A stretch of DNA of 33,583 nucleotides from Desulfosarcina sp. (GTDB lineage Bacteria; Desulfobacterota; Desulfobacteria; Desulfobacterales; Desulfosarcinaceae): positions 1 through 33,583 of the forward strand of contig DAOWNV010000001.1 in NCBI GenBank assembly GCA_030642405.1, written 5' to 3'. The notes under the pieces were generated by a model, which saw only the letters and a program-made list of their open reading frames with translations, was not told the origin of the DNA and searched no databases. The first letter of the stretch is position 1. Each line of letters starts with the position of its first letter. Position numbers and translations under genes: made by a program. Below, one piece after another: positions 20,268 to 29,164 of the stretch.

Positions 20268-21089
20268 CTACATGGCCGTAAACGTCCCATGGTGGCCCTG
20301 CAGTAAGAAATTTACACCTAAAAATGTGAATAGAAGTACGCCAAAACCGACAACAGCCATGATGGCCGCCCTTTTTCCCCGCAACCCTACGGTCAGCCTT
20401 TCATGGAGCAATACTGCATAAAACAGCCAGGTAATAACCGACCAAATCTCCTTGGGGTCCCAACTCCAAAATCGTCCCCAAATCGCTTTGGCGTATATAA
20501 TTCCGGTTATCAAACCAATGGTAATCAACGAAAACCCTGCCACGATACAGGCGTAGCCGGTGGTGTCCAACAACTCCAATGAGGGGAGCCGTTTGAAAAA
20601 AAAGCCCATGTTTTTCTTTTTTATGGCATTTTCCTGGAGTAGGTACAAAAGGCCGAGGCCACATGCCAGCGAGAAGGCCGCATTACCAAGAAAAAGGGTG
20701 ACGATGTGCGCAACCAGCCAAAAGTTTTTAAACAATGTGGGGTCCTGAGGAGATACTTTTGGCAATTGATAGGCGATAATCAATGTCAACGTAATCAAAG
20801 GTGCTGCGTAAATGCCTAATATTTTCAATCTATAAATGTAAGAAAGAACGAGGAAAACGGCGGCAATAGCCCAACCGGTGAAACACAGGGTCTCGTGCAG
20901 GTTGTTGATGGGAAAATGACCGGCACGGATGCCGTTTATTACAAGTAAAGTCGAATGAAGAACAAACCCAACGATCATCAATCCGATGGCTATCCGCTGA
21001 AGGCTATTTTTCTGAAAAAAAAGATACCCGAAATAAAAAGCACAGCTGGACAGGTAGATCATGGTCACGAGGATGAAAACAGGTTCCAT
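20268..21089 (-). CDS. ccsA: cytochrome c assembly protein (CcsA/CcsB/HemX-like, WWD domain)
   Basis: Multiple TM helices, the WWD motif WGRFWSWDPKEIWS and conserved His. Lies between sirC and hemA. Confidence 0.88.
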   Translation of the reverse strand: MEPVFILVTMIYLSSCAFYFGYLFFQKNSLQRIAIGLMIVGFVLHSTLLVINGIRAGHFPINNLHETLCFTGWAIAAVFLVLSYIYRLKILGIYAAPLITLTLIIAYQLPKVSPQDPTLFKNFWLVAHIVTLFLGNAAFSLACGLGLLYLLQENAIKKKNMGFFFKRLPSLELLDTTGYACIVAGFSLITIGLITGIIYAKAIWGRFWSWDPKEIWSVITWLFYAVLLHERLTVGLRGKRAAIMAVVGFGVLLFTFLGVNFLLQGHHGTFTAM

Positions 21090-21090
21090 A

Positions 21091-21768
21091 TTATTTCCCG
21101 GACTGTCGGTTGGATGACATCAACTCATCGTATCGGTAGTTGGGGCCTAAGACTCGCTCCAGCAAACGATCAATCTGCTCAATGTCATTTTCCCTGACCA
21201 ATGTGAGCATATCTTCGGAAATGAGTTTCTCAAACAAGGGTTTGTGCACCTCCGGTTCATGAGCCTCCGCCAGAAGTCCGGCCCGGATGGCACCCATGAG
21301 ATCCAGCAAATGGCCATATTCGGGGCCAAACCGGGTTTCGAGGTTTTTTCTGACATGCTTGGCAAAGGCGGGGCTTTTACCAGCCGTGGAGATGGCCATG
21401 ACAAAATCACCGCGTTGGATAATTGAAGGAAGAATGAAATTGCAGATTTTCGGTCGGTCGGCAATATTACATAACAGATTTCCGGCTTCCGCATCGGCAT
21501 GGATTCGCCGGTTCAGCGCCTCGTCATCGGTGGCTCCGATAACCAAAAACATGCCCACCAGGTCAGAAGACCTGTACGGTCGCGTTTTTAAAAGAATGTC
21601 GCCTTCCTTGGCCATTTGAATAATCTTCGGCAAAACTTCGGGGCTGACAACGGTTACTGATGCACCACATTGGACAAGCGTGCCGACTTTACGAACTCCA
21701 ACCCGTCCACCGCCCACAACCAGGCAATTTCGGTTTTGTATATCAAGATTTACCGGATAGTATCGCAT
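21091..21768 (-). CDS. sirC: precorrin-2 dehydrogenase / sirohydrochlorin ferrochelatase (SirC/Met8, CysG N-terminal type)
   Basis: YYPVNL, VVGGGRVG, GATDD, CNIADRP and ISTAGKSPA. Confidence 0.9.
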   Translation of the reverse strand: MRYYPVNLDIQNRNCLVVGGGRVGVRKVGTLVQCGASVTVVSPEVLPKIIQMAKEGDILLKTRPYRSSDLVGMFLVIGATDDEALNRRIHADAEAGNLLCNIADRPKICNFILPSIIQRGDFVMAISTAGKSPAFAKHVRKNLETRFGPEYGHLLDLMGAIRAGLLAEAHEPEVHKPLFEKLISEDMLTLVRENDIEQIDRLLERVLGPNYRYDELMSSNRQSGK

Positions 21769-21776
21769 TATATACT

Positions 21777-22547
21777 CTATAGATTCAGACGCATCAAATC
21801 TTTTGCCAGTACAATCTCCCCATTATAAGTGCTGCGACATTGTTTTTCAATATCGACATTATCGCAGGCCGGATAAAAATGGGTGAGCACCAGCCGTTTG
21901 ACCCTTGCAGCTTGCGCGATTTTTCCGGCAAGGGATGGGGTGAGATGGCCTTCTACTTTTTGTGCATCGGGAAAGGCCGATTCACAGATCATTAGATCGG
22001 CGCCGGAGGAAAGCTTCGCCAGACGATCGCTGACATCCGTGTCTCCCGAGTATACCAATACCTTCCCGCTTTCATCTACAATTCGGTAAGCCAGGCTTTC
22101 CGGCCGATGAACTACAGGTGAGGAGGTGACGGAAAAAGATGGAAACCTGTGACCGTCTTTTTTTTCCGTATCCAATTCAATAACCTTAAATTCTTCGGCT
22201 GGAAGGACGATCTGATTACCGTAAACCACCTTCAAGTCATCGAAAAATCTCCGGAAGCCCTTTCCTGCAACAATAGTCAACGGCTTTTTTTGCAATGATA
22301 GGGCCGGGTGTTTTAAGGAAAATAGAAAGGACGCTAATTCACCAATGTGATCCGGGTGAAAATGACTGAGAAAAATGTATGAAATGTCAAAAATCGACAC
22401 ACCAACCTCCAAAAGGCGGCGCACAATACCAGGTCCGCAATCAAAAAGAAGGTTTTGACCACCTGTTTGCATTAAAAATGAGCAGGGAGCACGCTCAAGG
22501 GAGGGCACACAGGTTCCTGAACCCAGGATAGTGATTCTGCTGGTCAT
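21777..22547 (-). CDS. metallo-beta-lactamase-fold hydrolase (RNase Z-like)
   Basis: ILGSG, FDCGPG, SHFHPDH (HxHxDH), YSGDT, GHLTP and LTHFYP. Confidence 0.88.
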   Translation of the reverse strand: MTSRITILGSGTCVPSLERAPCSFLMQTGGQNLLFDCGPGIVRRLLEVGVSIFDISYIFLSHFHPDHIGELASFLFSLKHPALSLQKKPLTIVAGKGFRRFFDDLKVVYGNQIVLPAEEFKVIELDTEKKDGHRFPSFSVTSSPVVHRPESLAYRIVDESGKVLVYSGDTDVSDRLAKLSSGADLMICESAFPDAQKVEGHLTPSLAGKIAQAARVKRLVLTHFYPACDNVDIEKQCRSTYNGEIVLAKDLMRLNL

Positions 22548-22680
22548 AGTTTAATATCTCCCTTCCAAATAGACAGAATGCTAACATTCGGAATGTTTCA
22601 TTGGTAATTTGACATTTTTTGCAAAATGCGTTCGAAAAAGTGATGGACAAAAAAAATCAGATACAGTCCGCTTGTGGCGC

Positions 22681-22710
22681 TTGACAATGCTAAATGATAT
22701 TTGCTATCCA
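22681..22710 (+). promoter_or_regulatory. probable sigma-70 promoter of the Fo operon
   Basis: Perfect -35 TTGACA at 22681, then an extended -10-like TG-C-TATCCA at 18-bp spacing. Confidence 0.5.
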
Positions 22711-22779
22711 TCTCGCTATTGAAATCAAGTTAATTCTTTTTTTTAGATTTACCAGGGTAGACCAAAAGGGTCGGTTTCC

Positions 22780-23061
22780 TTGGACGAACGGAAATATAGG
22801 TTGTTCAATTACCGAAAAAATAGAGATTGGGTTGAAAACCTAACGATTGTTATGCAGCTGGGCCTGACAATGGCCGGCTGTATTGTTTTTTGCCTTTTTG
22901 TAGGGTACGCGATAGATAAATGGTTGGGCCTTAAGGGGATATTCACAACAATTTTTATCCTTTTAGGCATTGTTGGTGGTGGTAATGTCTGCTACAGACA
23001 GATCCTTGAGGTGATAAACCCAAAAACCGAGGAAGATCCCAATGACCGCCGTACCACCTGA
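22780..23061 (+). CDS. AtpZ/AtpQ-family ATP synthase accessory protein (ATPase gene 1)
   Basis: Two TM helices with GLTMAG...VGYAIDKWLG...LLGIVGG. First gene of the atp cluster. Confidence 0.85.
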   Translation: MDERKYRLFNYRKNRDWVENLTIVMQLGLTMAGCIVFCLFVGYAIDKWLGLKGIFTTIFILLGIVGGGNVCYRQILEVINPKTEEDPNDRRTT

Positions 23062-23431
23062 TCGTGAAATTCAAAAACGCTACGGATCCTCCGCAATGGC
23101 GCTTGCCATCAGTATTGGCCTGGTTTTTCTGATTTTAGACTATAAAGCCATGTGCCGGGGCATCGTGATGGGTTCTCTTTTCAGCACAATTAACTTTGTG
23201 TTAATGGGGGAAACGATTCATAAGGCGGTTAAGCGCGAGCGGTCCAAAGCCTCCCTTTCCGCATTCGGGAACATTCTTTTCAGATATACAATCTTGGCCA
23301 TTCCACTCTATTTGGCAATCAAGCTGCCCCGATTCGATTTGTTCTCAACGATCGCAGGACTTTTGATGGTACAGTTCGTCATCCTGGCTGATCATATTTC
23401 CCATCGGTTCATTTACTCTTGGCGCAGGTGA
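23042..23431 (+). CDS. atpI: ATP synthase protein I (c-ring assembly factor)
   Basis: 129 aa with four hydrophobic helices and GSLFSTINF...FRY. Located directly before atpB. Confidence 0.8.
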   Translation: MTAVPPDREIQKRYGSSAMALAISIGLVFLILDYKAMCRGIVMGSLFSTINFVLMGETIHKAVKRERSKASLSAFGNILFRYTILAIPLYLAIKLPRFDLFSTIAGLLMVQFVILADHISHRFIYSWRR

Positions 23432-23447
23432 TAAAAAAGGAACGTCA

Positions 23448-24122
23448 ATGGAAGAATTAGGTAAGGTATACCAACTTATTATTCCTCTGTCCGGCCACAA
23501 AATGGTCTTTAATCTTGATGCCATTGTTTATAGCTGGATCGTTATGCTTTTGATCCTGGTGTTCGGTGTTATGGCCACCCGCAAGCGGGGCGTCATACCC
23601 AATTACATGCAGGTTCTGGGCGAATTGTTCGTATCCAAGCTTTACGCACTGACCGAAGATGCACTGGGCGAAGATATGGCAAAAACTTACGCACCTCTGG
23701 TCTGCGCGCTGTTTATGTTTCTGGTGCTTTGCAACTGGATCGGTATCATCCCCCACCTGGAAGAACCAACCAAGGATCTCAACACGCCGTTGAGTCTTGG
23801 TGTCATGGGTTTTTTCATCGCCCACTATGTAGGGATTAAAACCAAAGGCTTCAAGGCCTATGCCAAAGAGTATTTCGAACCCTTTTTCATTATGGCTCCG
23901 CTGAACATAATAGGAGAGTTAGCCAAAATCGTGTCTATCTCTTTTCGTTTGTTCGGAAATATCATGGGAGGGGCAATCATTATTCTTGTTGTATCCTACC
24001 TTACTTACAGCATCTTGCTGCCACCATTTCTTAACGCATTTTTCGGTATTTTTGTCGGAGCGATTCAGGCTTTCGTTTTCACCATGTTAACCGTTGTTTA
24101 TATTTCCGTACAGGCGAAATAA
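23448..24122 (+). CDS. atpB: ATP synthase Fo subunit a
   Basis: PTKDLN, essential Arg in SISFRLFGN, and IQAFVFTML. Confidence 0.95.
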   Translation: MEELGKVYQLIIPLSGHKMVFNLDAIVYSWIVMLLILVFGVMATRKRGVIPNYMQVLGELFVSKLYALTEDALGEDMAKTYAPLVCALFMFLVLCNWIGIIPHLEEPTKDLNTPLSLGVMGFFIAHYVGIKTKGFKAYAKEYFEPFFIMAPLNIIGELAKIVSISFRLFGNIMGGAIIILVVSYLTYSILLPPFLNAFFGIFVGAIQAFVFTMLTVVYISVQAK

Positions 24123-24125
24123 TCC

Positions 24126-25100
24126 ATGGAACAAGACATTCAAACTTGGGTCAATTTGGCGGCATATCTAGGTGGTGGGCTTTCTATCGGATTCGGCGCA
24201 ATTGGTGCCGCCATCGGCGAAGGCTATACGGCCTCTCAGGCGAATTCGGCAATTTCACGAAACCCGGCCTTGGCAGGCGATGTATTTAAATCCATGCTGG
24301 TGGGTCAGGCCATCGCAGAGTCCGCTTCCGTCTTTGCATTGGTGGTCGCAATGATTCTGTTGTTTTCGAACATACCGGCCGACTCTTTTGTTACTGTCGC
24401 AGCCGTATTTGCAGCAGGACTATCCATGGGATTCGGTGCGATTGGATCCGGTGTTGGTGCTGGTTTTCCAGCAGGGGCGGCCTGTGTAGGCATGGTTCGA
24501 CAGCCGTCTGTGAGCGGTAAACTTACCACCAACATGCTCATTGGCTCTGCCGTTTGCCAAACCCCATCTATTTTCGCCCTTGTTGTTTCTTTCATTTTGA
24601 TTTTTTCTGATTTTGGAAGCTATCCTCTCTGGCCTACCTGGGGAGCGATCCTTGGTGCCGGATTGGCAGCTGGGTTAAGTGCCATCGGTTCAGGTATCGG
24701 CGGAGGTATCGTTGCCGGTGCCAGCTCTGAAGGAATAGCCCGCCAGCCGGCAGCAGTCACACCAGTTACCAATATTATGCTGTTGGGACAAGCAATTGCC
24801 CAAACTCCGGCGATACTGGGGCTCTTGGTGGCTTTTATTTTGATTTTCAAGGAATTCGGAGCCTCGGACACCATCGCCCCGGCCATGGCTTTGCTGGGTT
24901 CCGGGCTATGTATGGGGATTGGTGGAATTGGACCTGGAATCGGGGAAGGAATTGCTTCCAGCGGCGGTGTCAAGTGGATAGCCAGAAACGAAAAAGACAT
25001 AGGAACACTGACCCGTACGATGTTAGTCGGCATGGCCGTCGCAGAATCCACGGCCATCTATGCAATGGTAATCTCTTTGGTTTTAATTTTTGTCGTTTAA
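24126..25100 (+). CDS. atpE: ATP synthase Fo subunit c, four fused hairpin repeats (324 aa)
   Basis: Four ~81-aa repeats, each with a glycine-zipper helix and an R(N/Q)P or RNE loop. Ion-site positions are E65, Q145, Q226 and E307. Confidence 0.92.
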   Translation: MEQDIQTWVNLAAYLGGGLSIGFGAIGAAIGEGYTASQANSAISRNPALAGDVFKSMLVGQAIAESASVFALVVAMILLFSNIPADSFVTVAAVFAAGLSMGFGAIGSGVGAGFPAGAACVGMVRQPSVSGKLTTNMLIGSAVCQTPSIFALVVSFILIFSDFGSYPLWPTWGAILGAGLAAGLSAIGSGIGGGIVAGASSEGIARQPAAVTPVTNIMLLGQAIAQTPAILGLLVAFILIFKEFGASDTIAPAMALLGSGLCMGIGGIGPGIGEGIASSGGVKWIARNEKDIGTLTRTMLVGMAVAESTAIYAMVISLVLIFVV

Positions 25101-25183
25101 TAACAAGGCCCTGCAGATGGCCGACGTGCGCGGTGTGCATACCAGCAACCCCGCGAAAATATTACGTAACAGGAGGAAACATC

Positions 25184-25432
25184 ATGGCAATTGAAGGCGC
25201 AGACTTAATCAAGGCAGCTGCTTTTCTGGGTGCAGGTCTCTCCATGGGGTTGGGTGCTATCGGCCCTGGCGTTGGTGAAGGCATGGCCGCTGCTAAAGCT
25301 TGTGAAGCAATCGGCAGAAATCCAAAGGAAGCAGGCCTTCTGACACGTACGATGCTGGTCGGACAGGCCGTCTCGGAATCGACGGGTATTTATTCGCTGG
25401 TTGTAGCCCTGCTGTTGCTGTTTGTCGTATAA
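25184..25432 (+). CDS. atpE: ATP synthase Fo subunit c, single hairpin (82 aa), Na+-binding signature
   Basis: AGGAGG RBS then ATG 25184. Contains PGVGE32G, the RNP loop and V63-S-E65-S66-T67-G-I-Y70. Confidence 0.95.
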   Translation: MAIEGADLIKAAAFLGAGLSMGLGAIGPGVGEGMAAAKACEAIGRNPKEAGLLTRTMLVGQAVSESTGIYSLVVALLLLFVV

Positions 25433-25463
25433 ACATAGGCAACCGGAGCGTCATTCTTTCAAC

Positions 25464-25485
25464 GGATCAGGTGCAAACCTGATCC
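25464..25485 (+). other. intergenic GNRA-tetraloop hairpin after the small atpE
   Basis: GGATCAGGT-GCAA-ACCTGATCC, a perfect 9-bp stem with no U-tract. Confidence 0.6.
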
Positions 25486-25520
25486 AATCGTCTTAATTGG
25501 AATAGACGGAGCGATCTACC

Positions 25521-25970
25521 ATGGAGATCATTAGCGCTGTTGCATTGATCAGCATCAATGAGACTTTCTTTGTTCAATTGATATCATTCCTGGTTTTTAT
25601 ATTTATCCTCAACCGGGTTATGATTCGTCCGCTGATCAGCACCATGGAACAGCGAAAAGAGTACCTTGCCGACGTAAAAACAGATATTGAAAAAGCCGGG
25701 TTGGACCTTGATGATCTTAATCAAGAATTGGATCGCCGACGTCTTACCGTTCGTAAAGAGGCAGATACCGCTGTTCACGAATTAGAAGAAGAAGCGGATC
25801 ATCGAGCCGGCGAAGTGACTCAAGCAGCTCGGCTGGAAATTGTTGCGTTACGTCAGGAAACGGAAAAAAAAATTAATCAGCAACTCTCGGATGCGAGGGC
25901 TCAACTGACCGGGGAGGTGGCCGCTATTACTACAAAAATTATGGAAACCTTGCTGGGGCGGAGGCTGTAA
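25521..25970 (+). CDS. atpF: ATP synthase Fo subunit b'
   Basis: INETFFVQLISFLVFIFILNRVMIRP membrane anchor, charged coiled coil, and C-terminal LLGRRL. Confidence 0.88.
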   Translation: MEIISAVALISINETFFVQLISFLVFIFILNRVMIRPLISTMEQRKEYLADVKTDIEKAGLDLDDLNQELDRRRLTVRKEADTAVHELEEEADHRAGEVTQAARLEIVALRQETEKKINQQLSDARAQLTGEVAAITTKIMETLLGRRL

Positions 25971-25972
25971 TT

Positions 25973-26548
25973 ATGAAACGAATTGATATCATAAGAGATA
26001 GACCGCTTTTGATCCTTTTGGTATTGTTGCTGGTTATAATTCCGGGAACGGCAATTGCGTCCAGCCAGGAATGGCGCCCCACGTACGATCGAATCATGAT
26101 GTATGTCAACTTCGCCATTATCGCCGCTGTAATTTTTAAATATGCCCGCGATCCGTTCAAAGCCTTTCTCAAACAGCAAAAAGCAGATGTGGTTGACGAA
26201 ATTGATATGCTGAAGACGGAGAAAAAACGGATTGCTGATGAAATAGAAGCAGCTCGGACACGGTCTACGGATAATCAGCAACGGCTAGAAAAAATGAAAG
26301 CTCGCCTGATTGCCCAGGGGAAGACCAAAAAACAGCAGCTCATTGATCAAGCCCAGCGACAAAGCGTTATCATGATCGAAGAAAGCCGAAAAAAAATGGT
26401 AAATCGAATTCGGCAGGCAAAACACCAACTCAAGTTGGAGCTTGCGGACTTGGCCTTTGAAGAGGCCAAGCAAAAATTGCCCTTGGCGATTACGGAGGAA
26501 GACAATAAGCGATTCCTGGACCTTTATATGAAAAGTGCTCATAAATAA
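25973..26548 (+). CDS. atpF: ATP synthase Fo subunit b
   Basis: N-terminal hydrophobic extension, VNFAII..P anchor, coiled coil, and a C-terminal ITEEDNKRFLDLY helix. Confidence 0.85.
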   Translation: MKRIDIIRDRPLLILLVLLLVIIPGTAIASSQEWRPTYDRIMMYVNFAIIAAVIFKYARDPFKAFLKQQKADVVDEIDMLKTEKKRIADEIEAARTRSTDNQQRLEKMKARLIAQGKTKKQQLIDQAQRQSVIMIEESRKKMVNRIRQAKHQLKLELADLAFEEAKQKLPLAITEEDNKRFLDLYMKSAHK

Positions 26549-26586
26549 AGGCCCTCATCAAGTCTTGTGATACTTCTACAACAAGA

Positions 26587-29076
26587 TTAAGCCTTATGAT
26601 CACTTAATAGCGTTGTAATCATAGAGCTGTCTTCGGTTACAGCCGCCTGTCGGTTGGATGAGCTGTCCGGCTGAGGAATCGTGTTCCATTGAGACGTATA
26701 CATCACTCGATAGGCAATCTGGAACATGGCTTCCAAAAGGGAAAAGGCTGAGATTTGTCGGCCGGCGGAGGTGAGAGTTAAGAGCATACTGATTTTTTCA
26801 GCTTTACTCATCTTCATCCGATTCAAATTACGCAGAAAAGCCACCATTTTTGGAGCAAGGTGACTATGCTGCTCGGATAAACCTTCAGAAGATTCCCACT
26901 TGGCTATTTGTTTTTGAATCTCCTCACTGGAAGCCTCAATTAAGAAGGCTTTATTTTTCTCATTTTTGACAAGCGGAGAAACGGAAACATGCCTTCGGAT
27001 GGCCCTTTCGAGGCATTTCTGTTCCCGCCTCAATTCTTTTTCAAATTCCGGGACCATCGCATCGGGCACAATCAGTGTTAACTGATTTAATTCATCTGAA
27101 AAAACAGCCAGCCCTTTTTTCATATCCGCCAGTGCCGCCGACCAGAATTTTTCACTCATAGCCTTTACGGTTTTTTCATCCGGGGCGGCTTTAGAACGGC
27201 TCTGTTTGATCATCCTTAAAGCAACGGGAAAGGATCGCGAAGCACGCACAAACAGATTTTTCCCGGTGGTCACCCGAAAAATATTAGCAATCACTGCATA
27301 CCAGTCCTGGAAATAATGCACATCGGACAGGTTTGTAAAGCAGGATGCAAGGATTTCATTTTTCAATAAATGGAGAGGCGTCGCATATAGAGGTGTTCCT
27401 CCTAGAATGGGCTGTTCAATCCTGCCGTCTTTTGCCGAATCCAAGGAAACTGCCGTTTCCACATCGATGACACCGATGGAAAAGGCGGCACGATCATTTA
27501 AAAATCCTGGATAATGATCCGGATTGGCATCCATGAATAAATTATCCGGTTTCAAATCTCTCAGTGCAATTTTTCTTTCTTTAAGCCGGCAAAGCAATTG
27601 AAGCATGTTTGATGAGACATTTTCGATTTGGTGCCGGTATTGAACGAAAACCTTTGTCGCCAACTGAGATTTCAACAATTGAAGCAGATCATTAACGATC
27701 TGTTTGTTGGATTCGAAAATACGGGTAAAATCGTCTTCAATCCGAATGATCAGATCCTCTCCAATTTCTTTTTCAGCCCTGTCGAGTGGTTCTCCTGCAA
27801 TCCGTGAAAGGAACCAGTTTTTAATCTGGAATGTGTGGATATTCACCTTTTTATTAGAGGCATGGATAGTTCGTTTTACTTCGGTTTCACAAAGCCGGTA
27901 AAGAGTTTGAAGGTTGTTAAAGACCGTAAGGGACCCCAACCCGTACCGGGTTGTGAAAGCCTCCTGGTCCCAGGCCACATCCGGTACCTCACGAATTTCG
28001 TCACCGATTTTATTCTTGAACGCATGTATTTCGTCGATGACCCGTGCTAAAAAAATATTGTTGGTTAATTCCATAAAAAAGGCAAACCGCCCACCGATTT
28101 TCAGGTACTCTTGATAATCCGGTTTTTCTTCGACTAAGCGAATGTATTGCTTCTCCAGTTGCGCTTGAGTAAGACTTGACGCGTAGGGTAATGTTGTAAC
28201 TTTTTTAAGCACCACGGTTATCATCGGAACTATGCATGCGACAGGAGAAAGCTGGGATGAGATCTTTCCCTCCTTACGAATCGCTTTCACATAGGTGCCC
28301 ATATCGGTTACCGGAACCGGAGGTACCTTAATAACCATATGGGTGTCGTATATGGCGTAGAAGCACTTGCTTTTGCTTCCGGTATCCTCCCCTAAAGGGC
28401 CAATGGACATACGACGGGTCAACCATTCCCGGCCACTCATGACGCTCAACTCAAAAATTTTCATTTTCCGGGAGGATGCATGGTCGGTCATCTGATAACG
28501 GGCAGGAGCATCCTTCCCCAATCCGTTTTGAACCTTGAACAGTTCGAGAAAAAACAGTGCGATATCCCGTAAATCTGAATTCACCAGGATCTCGTCCTGT
28601 TTATGGTTCGCCTCACCTACAGGTCCTATATGTGCTTTCTCTTCCTTTTTTGTAAAACCTATTGTCTCTATCCACCGAAAAAAGACCTGAAATAGTTTGA
28701 ACAGCAAAGAAATAACGGCCAGAATAGCGAAAAAAAACAAAATGCGGCTATCAAACATCTTTTTTCCGACTATATCCCAACCAGTCCTTTTTTTTATGAC
28801 GCGATCTTTCCATTGTTCAACAATTTGAGTCAGCGATATCTGCTTTTCAACCGCGATCGAGCCGACGGAAGCAACATCATTTTTCATAAACATTCCTGAT
28901 TGCCCATCGGACTCATAAAAAATGAACTGATCGGATTTGCTGACATGATCGGCGATCACCGGTTCTCCGCTTTTAATATAAATGATTTGCTTTTCCGCTG
29001 TCACATCAACCTTCATGAAAGAGACAACCGCTGTGCAGCATGCTGAAAGAGCAATAATAAAAATCCATTTTTTCAT
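26587..29076 (-). CDS. membrane-anchored atypical Ser/Thr protein kinase-like protein (829 aa)
   Basis: N-terminal signal/anchor and a second TM helix. Kinase motifs MVIK, FFMEL, LRDLKPDN, IDVE, GGTPLYATP and QDWYA. Confidence 0.78.
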   Translation of the reverse strand: MKKWIFIIALSACCTAVVSFMKVDVTAEKQIIYIKSGEPVIADHVSKSDQFIFYESDGQSGMFMKNDVASVGSIAVEKQISLTQIVEQWKDRVIKKRTGWDIVGKKMFDSRILFFFAILAVISLLFKLFQVFFRWIETIGFTKKEEKAHIGPVGEANHKQDEILVNSDLRDIALFFLELFKVQNGLGKDAPARYQMTDHASSRKMKIFELSVMSGREWLTRRMSIGPLGEDTGSKSKCFYAIYDTHMVIKVPPVPVTDMGTYVKAIRKEGKISSQLSPVACIVPMITVVLKKVTTLPYASSLTQAQLEKQYIRLVEEKPDYQEYLKIGGRFAFFMELTNNIFLARVIDEIHAFKNKIGDEIREVPDVAWDQEAFTTRYGLGSLTVFNNLQTLYRLCETEVKRTIHASNKKVNIHTFQIKNWFLSRIAGEPLDRAEKEIGEDLIIRIEDDFTRIFESNKQIVNDLLQLLKSQLATKVFVQYRHQIENVSSNMLQLLCRLKERKIALRDLKPDNLFMDANPDHYPGFLNDRAAFSIGVIDVETAVSLDSAKDGRIEQPILGGTPLYATPLHLLKNEILASCFTNLSDVHYFQDWYAVIANIFRVTTGKNLFVRASRSFPVALRMIKQSRSKAAPDEKTVKAMSEKFWSAALADMKKGLAVFSDELNQLTLIVPDAMVPEFEKELRREQKCLERAIRRHVSVSPLVKNEKNKAFLIEASSEEIQKQIAKWESSEGLSEQHSHLAPKMVAFLRNLNRMKMSKAEKISMLLTLTSAGRQISAFSLLEAMFQIAYRVMYTSQWNTIPQPDSSSNRQAAVTEDSSMITTLLSDHKA

Positions 29077-29164
29077 TGACTCACTTCTATCTCGACCTGT
29101 TTTATATAGCGTCTGCCGTTGGGTGATGCCTACTAAGGATTGTGGATTTAATTAATTACCAATC

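Noticed and set aside
19651-20421. 256-aa ORF on the + strand
   Set aside because: Antisense to hemA and ccsA, with no recognisable protein features.
24908-25183. N-terminal extension making the small c a 174-aa protein, or a frameshift fusion with the large c
   Set aside because: The extension overlaps the large c out of frame and is not c-like. The large c ends cleanly (FVV, TAA TAA), and ATG 25184 has a perfect RBS.
22780-26548. Canonical N-ATPase operon
   Set aside because: The c motif is similar, but atpD, C, A and G are absent, there are separate b and b' genes, and the gene order differs.
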